Shown one piece after another: positions 8,466-18,529 of a stretch of 64,000 nucleotides of DNA. Below the pieces are notes generated by a model. The model was given only the letters and a program-made list of their open reading frames with translations, had not been told where the DNA came from and did no database searches. The DNA is from Candidatus Giovannonibacteria bacterium. GTDB lineage: Bacteria; Patescibacteriota; Minisyncoccia; UBA11713; 2-01-FULL-45-33. Position 1 is the stretch's first letter. Every line of letters begins with the position of its first letter. The stretch spans positions 515,065-579,064 of the forward strand of contig CP066687.1 in NCBI GenBank assembly GCA_016432405.1, read 5' to 3'. The position numbers were made by a program, and so were the translations under genes.

Positions 8466-10052
8466 ATGCGGGCTGAAATTCTTGTGCTCATTGTGCTCGC
8501 GCTCATAGCGCTGGTGTCGTTTCTGGGCATACTTACTGAAATAAATAAAAAATTCGGGGTGGAAACTCCGGCTTTCGGAGGGACGCTGCGCGAAGGCGTT
8601 GTCGGGAGCCCGCGATTTATGAATCCGCTTCTCGCGCAATCGGACGCCGACCGCGACTTGGTTTCCCTGCTATATTCTGACCTCCTGCGCCACGACGGCG
8701 AGGGTAAGCCCAAGCCGGCGCTTGCGGAAAAATACGAAGTTTCCCCGGATGGACGGGAATACACGGTGACATTGAAAGACAAACTCTACTGGTCGGACGG
8801 CGAAAAGCTCACCGCGGACGACGTAATTTTCACAATCAGCATGGCGAAGAATCCGCTTGTACAGAGCATCCGCCGCGCCAACTGGGAAGGAGTTGAAGTT
8901 GAAAAAATAGACGAGCGCAGGGTCCGCTTCCGCCTCAACAAGGCCTACGCGCCGTTTTTGGAAAATTTGACGCTTGGTATTTTGCCGAAACACGTCTGGG
9001 AAAAAATCCCGGCGTCACAGATATCTTTGGCGGAGCTCAACACAAACCCCGTGGGAGCCGGGCCATACAAAATAAAGTCAGTTGATAAGGACTCTCGCGG
9101 CTCAATAGTTTCCGCAACGCTTACCGCAAATAGATATTTCGCTTTGGGCAAACCGCACATCAAAACCGTTTTTTTGAAATTTTATCCCGACGAAGATTCC
9201 GCGCTCAAAGGCCTGGAAAGCGGCGCGATAGACGCTTACGGCGCGATATCTCCGAAAAATATAGATAAGCTGGGGAGCAGGACGAAAGTTGAGGATATTT
9301 CGCTGGAACGCGTAATCGCCGTTTTTTTAAACCAGGGGGCCAAAAAAGAGTTCGCCTCCGCAGATGTCCGCAAGGCGCTTAACGCCGCGGTGGATAAAAA
9401 GGCGCTTTTGGACAGAGGGCTTTGGGGACGCGGGAAAATAATCGACGGGCCGCTTCCGGAAGCAGCGGAAAATAATTTATACGACCCGGATGCGGCGAGG
9501 AGCATTGTTAGTAAAAGTAAAAAAGAAATCAGCTTCACGCTTACAACGGCGAGGACAGCGGAACTTCTGGAGATTGCGGAAATCTTAAAAAACATGTGGA
9601 ACGAAGCCGGCTTTAAAGTTGAAGTAAAAAATTTCCCCGTAGGCGACCTTGAGCAAAGCGTAATCGGACCCAGAAGATACGACGCTTTTCTTTACGGCGA
9701 GGAGCTTGTCGGCAAAAACCCCGACCCCTTCGCTTTTTGGCATTCCAGCCAAAGGAACCATCCGGGATACAACATTGCGCTTTACGCCAATTCCCGCGTG
9801 GATAAGCTTTTGGAAGACGTCCGTGTTGAGCAAAGCGAAGAAAAGCGCGCCGAGCTTTATAAAAACATCCAGCGCGAGATAAAACGCGACCAGCCGGCGG
9901 TATTCCTTTTCTCTCCTTCCTATCTTTACGCAGTTCCGCGCGTTCTGGGCGGGATAGAAATAAAAAGCGTGAATACCGGTTCAGACCGGTATGACACGAT
10001 TCATAATTGGTATTTAGAAAGAATGTATGTTTGGAAAATATTTATTAAATAG
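8466..10052 (+). CDS. ABC transporter substrate-binding protein, family 5 (OppA/DppA-like)
   Basis: N-terminal TM anchor, WSDGEKLTADDVIFT, PVGAGPYK. Confidence 0.9.
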   Translation: MRAEILVLIVLALIALVSFLGILTEINKKFGVETPAFGGTLREGVVGSPRFMNPLLAQSDADRDLVSLLYSDLLRHDGEGKPKPALAEKYEVSPDGREYTVTLKDKLYWSDGEKLTADDVIFTISMAKNPLVQSIRRANWEGVEVEKIDERRVRFRLNKAYAPFLENLTLGILPKHVWEKIPASQISLAELNTNPVGAGPYKIKSVDKDSRGSIVSATLTANRYFALGKPHIKTVFLKFYPDEDSALKGLESGAIDAYGAISPKNIDKLGSRTKVEDISLERVIAVFLNQGAKKEFASADVRKALNAAVDKKALLDRGLWGRGKIIDGPLPEAAENNLYDPDAARSIVSKSKKEISFTLTTARTAELLEIAEILKNMWNEAGFKVEVKNFPVGDLEQSVIGPRRYDAFLYGEELVGKNPDPFAFWHSSQRNHPGYNIALYANSRVDKLLEDVRVEQSEEKRAELYKNIQREIKRDQPAVFLFSPSYLYAVPRVLGGIEIKSVNTGSDRYDTIHNWYLERMYVWKIFIK

Positions 10053-10743
10053 CGCAAGAAGTCCCGACATTTCCAAACGCATGGTTTTTGACATGAAGCC
10101 GGTGTTTAGAAATCCGGAGGCGGTCGGGAAAAACAGCGTTTTCTACGAAGTTTATAGAAACCTTGAAATCGTCGGCGGGAAAGTCAGATACGACATTACG
10201 GAAATACCGCAGCAAAAAATTGGCGGTGAATTCGCCAAGACATTCGGGCATTACCACCGCGGACCGCAGTCCGACCTTTACGAAGTTCTAGAGGGCCGTG
10301 CTTATTTCTTAATCCAACGGTATGAAAACGACCCCGCGGCAATAACGGAGGCCTACATAATAGAGGCAAGCGCAGGAGAAAAAGTTGTGACACCGCCGAA
10401 CTTCGGCCACCTTGCCATCAATATTGGCGACGCGAATTTGGTTCTGGCTAATTGGGTCGGGCTCGTGGATTACGATTATGAAACCATAAAAAAATACCGC
10501 GGGGGATGCTACTATGTCAGAGACGTCGGTGAAGCAATAGAGTTTGAAAAAAACCAAAATTACAAATCCGTTCCGGAAATTAAAAAACTAAAATTCCGCG
10601 ACCTGCCAGAATTTGGGATTAAAAACGGTGCGGAATATCCGATCTGGAATTTGCGCGAAACTCCTGAAAAATTGGATTGGCTGATAAATCCTGGAAAATA
10701 TTTAGACCTTTTAACAATAGACAAACTTTATAGAGCAATTTAA
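10027..10743 (+). CDS. Cupin-type (archaeal-like) glucose-6-phosphate isomerase family protein
   Basis: YDITEIP...GGEFAKTFGHYH...YEVLEG...PPNFGHLAINIG. Confidence 0.85.
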   Translation: MFGKYLLNSARSPDISKRMVFDMKPVFRNPEAVGKNSVFYEVYRNLEIVGGKVRYDITEIPQQKIGGEFAKTFGHYHRGPQSDLYEVLEGRAYFLIQRYENDPAAITEAYIIEASAGEKVVTPPNFGHLAINIGDANLVLANWVGLVDYDYETIKKYRGGCYYVRDVGEAIEFEKNQNYKSVPEIKKLKFRDLPEFGIKNGAEYPIWNLRETPEKLDWLINPGKYLDLLTIDKLYRAI

Positions 10744-10748
10744 GACAA

Positions 10749-10830
10749 GCCCCAGTGGCGGAACTGGAATACGCGTACGGCTCAGAACCGTATCCCGCAA
10801 GGGTTAGAGGTTCAAATCCTCTCTGGGGCA
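10749..10830 (+). tRNA. tRNA-Leu(CAG)
   Basis: Cloverleaf with anticodon arm tacgg-ctCAGaa-ccgta, long variable arm, GTTCAAATC; no encoded CCA. Confidence 0.96.
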
Positions 10831-10849
10831 AAAGTAAATACGCAAAAGC

Positions 10850-11329
10850 ATGAAAAAAAACAAAAATGACTACAGCATCTCTGTGTACGCAATAATCAAA
10901 AAGGGCGGTAGGGTACTTTTAACAGAAGATCACTATCGACACGGCTGGAAATTGCCTGGCGGCGGAGTACAGCCTAAAGAATTATTGTTGGATGCGTTAG
11001 TTCGCGAAACAAAAGAAGAGGTCGGGTTCAATATAAAACCGACCAGTTTAATATATATATCAAACTGGTTCAATAAAGAAAAGGGCGAAGTAAGATTAAG
11101 AATATATTTTATAGCTAAAATTAAATCTGGTGTAATTAAATTTCACGATGGCGAAGTAAAAGAAGCAAAGTGGTTTACTAAAAGACAACTCAAGTCACTA
11201 AAAGAAAAAGATTTTTTGTTTCCACATCACTATTTCGTCGCTGTTCAATCCTATTTGAAATGCAAGGAAGCAAACATAATCGTGAAGAAAGACGCTAAAA
11301 ATCGTTATAACTTATTTATTACTAATTAA
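10850..11329 (+). CDS. NUDIX hydrolase
   Basis: Nudix box GGGVQPKELLLDALVRETKEEVG. Confidence 0.92.
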   Translation: MKKNKNDYSISVYAIIKKGGRVLLTEDHYRHGWKLPGGGVQPKELLLDALVRETKEEVGFNIKPTSLIYISNWFNKEKGEVRLRIYFIAKIKSGVIKFHDGEVKEAKWFTKRQLKSLKEKDFLFPHHYFVAVQSYLKCKEANIIVKKDAKNRYNLFITN

Positions 11330-11339
11330 ATAAAAAAAT

Positions 11340-13124
11340 ATGCCGCCGAGACAATCGAGACCAAGAATCAGAACATTAAATAGAACCTCCGACCGCAAAT
11401 TTTATAAAGAGGGCTCGCTTACCGGCCATGAAGCGCGCGGCCACGCCGCGGCTCTTAAGCGCGACACGCTTTATTATGTCCCATTGGGCGGGCTGGAGGA
11501 AGTCGGACGCAACTGCTCGTTTTTTGAATACAATGACGAAATCGTAATTATTGACATGGGCATACAGTTTCCCGAGGAAGAAACCCCGGGCGTGGATTGG
11601 ATTATCCCTAACACGAGCTATCTTGAGAAAAAGAAGAAAAACATCAGGGCGCTTCTCATAACCCACGGGCATTATGACCACTACGGCGCAGTCCCTTATG
11701 TGCTGGAGCGGCTCGGAAATCCGCCGATTTATGGCACGCGGCTCATCAGAGAAATCCTCCAAAAACGCTTAAGCGAGATGCCGAATGTCCCGAAAATGCG
11801 CTTTATAGAAATAAAAAACCGCGACAAAATCAAGCTCTCCGAGCATTTGACCGCCGAGTTTTTCGGCGTAAGCCACACCGTGCCGGACACGACCGGAGTG
11901 GCGTTCCATACTCCTGCAGGCATTATGGTGCATTTCGCCGATTTCCGGCTTGACTACGACCAGGAAGACACGGTTCAAAATATCCAGGAATTTGAACGGC
12001 TCTCTAAACTCAGCGTCCATACATTGTTTTTGGACAGCACCAATGCTGACGTGGAAGGCCATTCTGTTTCGGAAAAATTGGTTGAGGCCAATCTTGAAAA
12101 AACTTTTCTGGAAGCCAAGGGTCGGATTGTCCTTTCAACATTTTCATCAATGATTACCCGCATGGCCGAAATCGTGAAAATTGCCGAAAAACTGGGCCGC
12201 AAAGTCGTAATCAATGGCAGAAGCATGAAAGACAATCTTGAAATCGCCAAACAGCTCGGCTATATCAAATACAAGCCCGGAACGCTCGTGCAGGTTGAAG
12301 AAATAAATAAATACAAAGACGATAAAATACTCATTCTCTCAACCGGGGCGCAGGGACAGGAAAACTCCGGGCTGATGCGCATAGCGAACAGCGAGCATAA
12401 GCATATTCACATCAAGCCAGGCGACACGATTATGTTTTCTTCCTCGGTAATCCCCGGCAACGAGCGCGGCGTGCAGACGCTCAAAGACAATTTCACGCGC
12501 CAAGGCGCGATTGTTATCACAAATGACGACCTTGACATCCATTCATCCGGCCACGCCCCCGGCGACGACCTGACGATAGTCGCTAAAATCTGTAAGCCGA
12601 AATTCATTGTCCCCATCCACGGCTTCTATTTCAAGCGCGCCGCCAACATCCAAAATATGAAACCGATAGGCATCGGCAAAGAGCGCATCGTTTTAATGGA
12701 CAACGGCCAGATTTTAGAACTTGGCAAAAACAGCGCGGTCATTACCGACAAAACCGTTGACGCTTTTTATGTCATGGTGGACGGCCTCGGCATCGGAGAC
12801 GTGCAGGAGGTGGTTCTGCGCGACCGCCGGATGCTCTCGCAGGACGGCATTTTCGTGGTCATCGCGGCGGTTGATTCAAAAACCGGACAGGTGAAGGGCT
12901 CGCCCGACATAATTTCGCGCGGTTTTATTTATCTAAAAGAATCGCATGAACTCCTCGCGCACACGCGCCACCTCGTAAAGCGCGTGGTGGAAGAATCCAC
13001 GAATAAAATGCATCCGATAAATTATACCCATGTCCGCGACAATGTCCGCGAGCGACTGGGCTCCTACCTTTTCCAAAAAACCAACCGCCGCCCCATGGTA
13101 TTGCCGGTGATTATTGAGGTATGA
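11340..13124 (+). CDS. rnj: Ribonuclease J
   Basis: PLGGLEEVGRN, THGHYDH, HSSGHA, RRPMVLPVIIEV. Confidence 0.97.
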   Translation: MPPRQSRPRIRTLNRTSDRKFYKEGSLTGHEARGHAAALKRDTLYYVPLGGLEEVGRNCSFFEYNDEIVIIDMGIQFPEEETPGVDWIIPNTSYLEKKKKNIRALLITHGHYDHYGAVPYVLERLGNPPIYGTRLIREILQKRLSEMPNVPKMRFIEIKNRDKIKLSEHLTAEFFGVSHTVPDTTGVAFHTPAGIMVHFADFRLDYDQEDTVQNIQEFERLSKLSVHTLFLDSTNADVEGHSVSEKLVEANLEKTFLEAKGRIVLSTFSSMITRMAEIVKIAEKLGRKVVINGRSMKDNLEIAKQLGYIKYKPGTLVQVEEINKYKDDKILILSTGAQGQENSGLMRIANSEHKHIHIKPGDTIMFSSSVIPGNERGVQTLKDNFTRQGAIVITNDDLDIHSSGHAPGDDLTIVAKICKPKFIVPIHGFYFKRAANIQNMKPIGIGKERIVLMDNGQILELGKNSAVITDKTVDAFYVMVDGLGIGDVQEVVLRDRRMLSQDGIFVVIAAVDSKTGQVKGSPDIISRGFIYLKESHELLAHTRHLVKRVVEESTNKMHPINYTHVRDNVRERLGSYLFQKTNRRPMVLPVIIEV

Positions 13125-13132
13125 TTTAAGTT

Positions 13133-13822
13133 GTGATACCTGTCTCGACCTTAATCTACATTTTTAACGGCACAATGGCTTTGTGGTATGGGCTTAGAAA
13201 CCTCCGCGCTTACCAACAAACCAAAAATGACTACTCTTTGATGTTTTTCCGGGTAGGACTCGGGGTGGCGATTGCGGAATATTTTTACGGCATTCCGCTT
13301 TTATTCCTTCCTATCAATTCCTATTTGAATGGTTTATCTTATCTTTTAGCCATATTCCCGCTTTTTGTCGGTCTTAATTATGCGCTGCGTTTTATTTTGA
13401 AAGCGTGGGACTATCACAATACCGAGAAAGTGGTTGCAGTTCTAATTCCCTTTGTTGTGTTAATTTTCTTTTTGTTTCATCTGCACGCCGTCCCTATGCC
13501 CCTCTATTTTCTTCTAGGCTTGTTCAGATTTGTCGACTGGCGCGTACTTTATCCTTACGACCTGATTTGGGCCGCGCTGCTTTTCTTGACCACGGTACTT
13601 CCCGGCATTTATTTCCTTGCGGTGAAAGTAGAGACAAAAAAGGCGTTTCTGAAAAAAATTCTGTTTGGGATTGTGTTTGTTCTCGGCGGTTTAGGCGGGA
13701 TTGTGATTGTGGTTTTTTCGGGTTATCCCATATTGCTGGTTTGGGCATTTATAATTCAGTTTATTGGGTTTTCCGCTTTGGGAAGCATTTTCTTGGTTGA
13801 TATTTTTCTGAAAGAAACCTAA
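13133..13822 (+). CDS. Integral membrane protein, about 7 TM helices
   Basis: Hydrophobic helices throughout; fills the gap between rnj and trpS. Confidence 0.75.
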   Translation: MIPVSTLIYIFNGTMALWYGLRNLRAYQQTKNDYSLMFFRVGLGVAIAEYFYGIPLLFLPINSYLNGLSYLLAIFPLFVGLNYALRFILKAWDYHNTEKVVAVLIPFVVLIFFLFHLHAVPMPLYFLLGLFRFVDWRVLYPYDLIWAALLFLTTVLPGIYFLAVKVETKKAFLKKILFGIVFVLGGLGGIVIVVFSGYPILLVWAFIIQFIGFSALGSIFLVDIFLKET

Positions 13823-13831
13823 AATTATACA

Positions 13832-14821
13832 ATGAAACAAACAGTGGTAAGCGGGGTCAGGCCAACGGGAGATTTGCACATAGGAAATTACCTCGGGGCC
13901 ATTAAGCAATTTGTGGAACTTCAAAAAAAATACAAGGCGTATTTTTTTATAGCGGACCTGCATGCCATCAACGAGCCACAGGACCCCGAAAAATTGGGGA
14001 ATCAAACACTGGAAGTCGCGGCGCTTTATTTAGCTTGCGGGCTAGAACCCGCCAACACAACGCTTTTTCTCCAATCGCATATCTCGGAGCATCTTGAGTT
14101 AGCCCATATTTTAAGCACCATCACTCCGGTCGGAGAACTTTCCCGCATGACGCAGTATAAAGACAAAGTTGCTTCCGGAAAACCGGCTAATTTGGGCTTG
14201 TTGGCGTACCCGGCGCTTATGGCCGCGGATATTTTAATCTACAACGCGGACGCCGTGCCGGTCGGCAAAGACCAGCTGCAACATTTGGAATTCGCTCGGA
14301 TGATCGCAAGAAAATTCAACGCGCGATTCGGAGAAACTTTCAAAGAGCCGAGGGCGTTAATCCAAAAAGAGGGCGCGCGCATAATGGGTTTGGATGACCC
14401 TTCAAAGAAAATGTCCAAATCGGCCGCAAGTTCAAATAATTATATCGGAATTTTGGATAGCGAAGAAGAAATTCGGAGAAAAATAAAAATCGCCGTGACG
14501 GATTCCGGAAAAGAAATAAAATTTGAGCCGAAAACAAAGCCAGCCATCTCCAATTTGCTTGCTATCTACAGCAACGTGGCGAACGTATCTATTTCGGAGC
14601 TTGAAAAAAAATATGCGGGCAAAACATATGCCGATTTTAAGTCGGATCTAGCGGACGCGCTAGTCAAAACCCTCTCCCCTATCCAAAAAAAATATAAAGC
14701 GCTGGCCAAGGACAAAGAAAGTGTTCTTAAAATCCTAAAAAACGGGGCGGATGCGGCTAAAGACGCGGCCGAGCTGAAAATGCACGAAGTGCGCCAAAAA
14801 ATCGGGTTACTTCATTATTAA
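13832..14821 (+). CDS. trpS: Tryptophan--tRNA ligase
   Basis: HIGN and KMSKS motifs, VPVGKDQLQHLE. Confidence 0.98.
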   Translation: MKQTVVSGVRPTGDLHIGNYLGAIKQFVELQKKYKAYFFIADLHAINEPQDPEKLGNQTLEVAALYLACGLEPANTTLFLQSHISEHLELAHILSTITPVGELSRMTQYKDKVASGKPANLGLLAYPALMAADILIYNADAVPVGKDQLQHLEFARMIARKFNARFGETFKEPRALIQKEGARIMGLDDPSKKMSKSAASSNNYIGILDSEEEIRRKIKIAVTDSGKEIKFEPKTKPAISNLLAIYSNVANVSISELEKKYAGKTYADFKSDLADALVKTLSPIQKKYKALAKDKESVLKILKNGADAAKDAAELKMHEVRQKIGLLHY

Positions 14822-16048
14822 ATCAGCTAGAATTTTTCTTTTTTCTTCCAGAAGCTCCGAAGTGGACGCCTCAATATTTAAACGGAGCAGGTCTTCGGTG
14901 TTGGACGGGCGCAAATTGAACCACCAGTCGGGATATTCTATCTTGATTCCGTCCGAATATGACGCCTTGCCGTCAGTAAAATGCGCAGCGACTTTGTCTA
15001 TTATTTTTTCCTTATCTTTTATTTTGAAATTTATTTCTTCGGATTTAAAATAGCGCGCCAGCGGCTTGATGAGCTCGCTTAATGGCTTCTTAGTTTCTCT
15101 CAACAAATCCAACACGGCGAGAGCCGCGAAAATCCCAGAATCGGAGTAGAAAAAATCGCGGAAATAATAATGTCCGGAAAGCTCTCCGCCGAAAACCGCG
15201 TTTTCTTTTTTCATCAGCGCCTTAACAAATGAATGCCCCACCCGGCTCTCTACCGCGACTCCGCCGGCCGCCTCTATTTCTTCCCTAACCGCTCTGCTTG
15301 AAGGAATATCGTAGATGATTTTCTCGCCGGGCTTGGCGTATTTTCGCGCCAAAAGCGCCGTAATCATGTCTCCGGGCGCTGCTTTCCCGCTTTCGTCGCG
15401 GAACATCACCCTATCTCCGTCAAAATCAAAAGACTCTCCGGGTATCTTATCCGCCAGCGCAAATTTAATAATATAAGATTTTAAATGCGGGAAGCTCCCT
15501 GCCAGAAATTTGGTATATTCATCTGAAAAATCTTTTTTAACAACACTCCCGCGATTTTCAGAATTTTGGAAAATACCGCGCAGAGAATCATTTTTTATTT
15601 CTTCCATCCCCGAGCCGGCGCCGATAGAAACCGCGGATTTTTTTGAGAGCTTCATGCCATTAAATTCCGGCGGGTTATGCGAAGCAGTAATCATCGCGCC
15701 GCCGTCCGCTTCTGTTTTATTTAAGATGAAATAATGCATCGGCGTTGTCGTCAGCCCTGCGTCAATAATTTCCGCGCCCTCATCCGAAAGCCCGTCCGAG
15801 AAAGCCTCTTTAAGCGCTGGTGATGATTCGCGCGCGTCGGAGCTCACAACAATTTCCAACTTCTCATCTCTTACTTCTAACCTCAAATACCGCGCAAAAG
15901 CGCGGGCTATTTTATACGCCGCGTCTTCATTGATTTCTTCCGGATAAATCCCCCGAATATCATACGCCCTAAAAATCCCCTCGGGGGGTAGTGAAGCGCG
16001 AGCTCTACTACCCCCCTCGCTCCACGACTTTTGCGCAATTTTGTGCAT
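14807..16048 (-). CDS. Phosphomannomutase/phosphoglucomutase family protein
   Basis: FRAYDIRG, ITASHNP, FDFDGDR, GELSGH, RPSNTE. Confidence 0.93.
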   Translation of the reverse strand: MHKIAQKSWSEGGSRARASLPPEGIFRAYDIRGIYPEEINEDAAYKIARAFARYLRLEVRDEKLEIVVSSDARESSPALKEAFSDGLSDEGAEIIDAGLTTTPMHYFILNKTEADGGAMITASHNPPEFNGMKLSKKSAVSIGAGSGMEEIKNDSLRGIFQNSENRGSVVKKDFSDEYTKFLAGSFPHLKSYIIKFALADKIPGESFDFDGDRVMFRDESGKAAPGDMITALLARKYAKPGEKIIYDIPSSRAVREEIEAAGGVAVESRVGHSFVKALMKKENAVFGGELSGHYYFRDFFYSDSGIFAALAVLDLLRETKKPLSELIKPLARYFKSEEINFKIKDKEKIIDKVAAHFTDGKASYSDGIKIEYPDWWFNLRPSNTEDLLRLNIEASTSELLEEKRKILADLIMK

Positions 16049-16084
16049 TACCTTATTCTATAATTTAGGCCTATTTTTAGACAC

Positions 16085-16113
16085 TTGACACAGCATTTGT
16101 TTGGGTGTATAAT
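16085..16113 (+). promoter_or_regulatory. Consensus sigma70 promoter
   Basis: TTGACA-N17-TATAAT. Confidence 0.85.
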
Positions 16114-16193
16114 AGGAGCAAGATGGCGTGACGCCGTCTGGCCTAAGGGAATAGGCCCTTAAGCCAACTTCTTTGACAAGAAGGGGGTGCTAT

Positions 16194-16655
16194 ATGTTTG
16201 GAAAAGCAAAGGTCCAGAAAATGGACGTAACTGAATGGTTCTATGCCGCCATTAAAACAACTGAGAAAGTTTTAGTATGCGCGGTAAAAGACATTTCTCC
16301 AGATTCATTTCAGAGCAACGAGCTTTATAGCATGAACATCAACATAGTTGCTAAGCCAGGAGAAAAGAGTTGTGCAGGAGACACAGCAGTAGAAAGACGA
16401 GAATTTAGACTTCATTGCAAGTTTAAACTAGCATCTTATGGTGGCCACGGAAGTGCCAATGTGATTTTATACTTCCGCAAGATCAGCACAAGCCAAGTTG
16501 ACCTTTGGGACGACGAACACAGCTACGCCCAAGTCAGATTTGGCAGTCGCGGAGATTACTTCTTTGTAATAGAGGGGTTATTTTCAGAACCTCGCATCAC
16601 TGAACGCGCCTCCTCATCTCAAGTGGGTATAGCAAAATGCTTTGAAACGGGATAA
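16194..16655 (+). CDS. Hypothetical protein (orphan)
   Basis: ATG at 16194 after a G-rich RBS; own promoter and terminator. Confidence 0.7.
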   Translation: MFGKAKVQKMDVTEWFYAAIKTTEKVLVCAVKDISPDSFQSNELYSMNINIVAKPGEKSCAGDTAVERREFRLHCKFKLASYGGHGSANVILYFRKISTSQVDLWDDEHSYAQVRFGSRGDYFFVIEGLFSEPRITERASSSQVGIAKCFETG

Positions 16656-16673
16656 GGTCATCACCTGCTTTGC

Positions 16674-16711
16674 CGCCGAGGACAGTGCGCCTCGGCGGTT
16701 TTTTTATTTTT
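16674..16711 (+). terminator. Intrinsic terminator
   Basis: CCGCCGAGG...CCTCGGCGG followed by a T run. Confidence 0.85.
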
Positions 16712-16745
16712 ACGACGAACGCGCGTTAAAGCCACGGTAAAACCG

Positions 16746-16785
16746 TAGTGCAAATTTCACCGCTATAGCTGTCAAACTTGCACTA
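16746..16785. repeat. 40-bp imperfect palindrome, copy 1 (upstream of the PaaX-like gene)
   Basis: tagtgcaaatttcaccgctatagctgtcaaacttgcacta; 32/40 identical to 17402-17441. Confidence 0.85.
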
Positions 16786-16813
16786 GTAATTGGCACGCGC
16801 TACTATGGCATTA

Positions 16814-17380
16814 ATGCGAAAACGTTATTCAGAACTGCGGATAGGTCCGACGGCTCAAAAAGTGGTGCTTTTGCTTTGGGGCGGTTTAGCGCTTGGGCTT
16901 ACGCATTCCCCGCGGCAATACTTTAAAATTATAAAAATGATTGGCAAAGAATGGCATAATATTAACCGGCGAGCGCTTTACAACGCCATAAAAAGTTTAT
17001 ACCGCTCTCGTCTCATAGATGCCGAAGATAATGCAAGCGGCGTCACCACACTTGTCTTAACCGAGCGCGGCAAAAAGAAAGCTCTGACCTATCAAATTGA
17101 CGAATTGAAAATACCGCCGATGAAAAAATGGGATCGCAAATGGCGCATAGTTCTTTTTGACATACCGGAGAGCATGAAAAAAGCCAGAGACGCCTTGGCA
17201 AGAACACTGAAAAACGCCGGGTTTATAAAATTTCAAAAAAGCGTATTTATTCATCCATTTGAATGTAGAAATGAAGTTGATTTTATTATAGAATTTTTTA
17301 ACGTAAGACCCCATGTCCGATTTATTACAGCGACCGAAATCGACAATGAACTTCATCTGAAGAATAAGTTTAATTTATAA
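16814..17380 (+). CDS. PaaX-family regulator-like protein (winged HTH plus Cas2-like domain)
   Basis: LTERGKK wing, KWDRKWRIVLFDIPE, GFIKFQKSVFIHPF; start could also be 16805. Confidence 0.85.
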   Translation: MRKRYSELRIGPTAQKVVLLLWGGLALGLTHSPRQYFKIIKMIGKEWHNINRRALYNAIKSLYRSRLIDAEDNASGVTTLVLTERGKKKALTYQIDELKIPPMKKWDRKWRIVLFDIPESMKKARDALARTLKNAGFIKFQKSVFIHPFECRNEVDFIIEFFNVRPHVRFITATEIDNELHLKNKFNL

Positions 17381-17401
17381 CGATTATTGTTTACGAAATC
17401 C

Positions 17402-17441
17402 AATTACAAGTTTCAGCGCTATAGCTGTCAGATTTGCACTT
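17402..17441. repeat. 40-bp imperfect palindrome, copy 2 (downstream of the PaaX-like gene)
   Basis: aattacaagtttcagcgctatagctgtcagatttgcactt. Confidence 0.85.
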
Positions 17442-17475
17442 CAGTTTTTAGTGCGGCGGTGATAAAATAGCGTGC

Positions 17476-18510
17476 ATGAAGATAGGAATTGTCGGCCTGC
17501 CAAATGTGGGAAAATCGACGCTTTTTCAGGCGCTGACGAAAAAACAGGTGGATACTTCAAATTATCCATTCGCTACCATTGACCCCAATGTAGGTGTGGT
17601 TAGTGTGCCGGACGAACGGTTGGGCCAGCTCGCTTCGCTCTGCCGTTCAAAGAAAATTGTCCCAGCAATAATTGAATTTGTTGACATCGCGGGGCTTGTG
17701 AAAGGCGCGGCCGAAGGCGGGGGTCTGGGGAATAAATTTTTATCCCACATCCGGGAAGTAGACGCAATTTGCCACATTGCGCGCGCGTTTGAAAATGAAA
17801 ATATCGCCCATGTTGCCGGCAAACCCGATCCCCTTTCCGATATTGAGACAATTAAAACCGAGCTCGCACTGAAAGATCTGGAAACTGTCGCGAAAATAAA
17901 AGCCAACGCTCAAAAAGAAGCAAGGAGCGGCAAAAAAGAGGCCGCGGAACTTACGCAAAATCTGGAAGCGCTGGAAAAGTTACTGCAAGAATCTACCCCC
18001 CCTCTCCCCCTCTTGCCAATCGCAGACCAGTATCAGCTTTTGTCTTTCAAGCCAACCCTCTACGTTTTTAATATTTCTTCAAAAGCCAATCTGCCTCTGC
18101 CGAACCTGCCGAACGCCATTTCATTGGATATCGGCCAGGAAAACGATATTTCGGCGATGTCTGATAAAGAACGGCGCGAACTCGGCGTCGAATCAGAACT
18201 GCCCAAGCTTATAAAAGCCGCTTACGAACTTTTAGGGCTTATAACTTTTTTTACCACCGGCGAGGATGAAACCCGTGCTTGGACAATCCCCTCGGGTTCA
18301 ACAGCCAAGCGCGCCGGGCGCGCGATTCACTCTGATTTTGAGGAAAAATTTATCCGCGCAGACGTGATTTTGTGGGAAAAGCTCATGGAAGCCGGCTCCC
18401 TGCCCGACGGCAAGGCGGGATGGGCAAAAGCCCGGGAACTGGGATGGCTGCGCTCCGAAGGCAAAGAATATATTGTGAAAGACGGGGATGTAATTGAATT
18501 TAAAATATAA
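17476..18510 (+). CDS. ychF: Ribosome-binding ATPase YchF
   Basis: GIVGLPNVGKST, NYPFATIDPN, DIAGLVKGA, EGKEYIVKDGDVI. Confidence 0.97.
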   Translation: MKIGIVGLPNVGKSTLFQALTKKQVDTSNYPFATIDPNVGVVSVPDERLGQLASLCRSKKIVPAIIEFVDIAGLVKGAAEGGGLGNKFLSHIREVDAICHIARAFENENIAHVAGKPDPLSDIETIKTELALKDLETVAKIKANAQKEARSGKKEAAELTQNLEALEKLLQESTPPLPLLPIADQYQLLSFKPTLYVFNISSKANLPLPNLPNAISLDIGQENDISAMSDKERRELGVESELPKLIKAAYELLGLITFFTTGEDETRAWTIPSGSTAKRAGRAIHSDFEEKFIRADVILWEKLMEAGSLPDGKAGWAKARELGWLRSEGKEYIVKDGDVIEFKI

Positions 18511-18529
18511 CTATGCTACCATAAACCCA

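Noticed and set aside
16746-17441. CRISPR array with cas2
   Set aside because: Only two repeats, separated by a 600-bp gene; no spacers, cas1 or effector genes.
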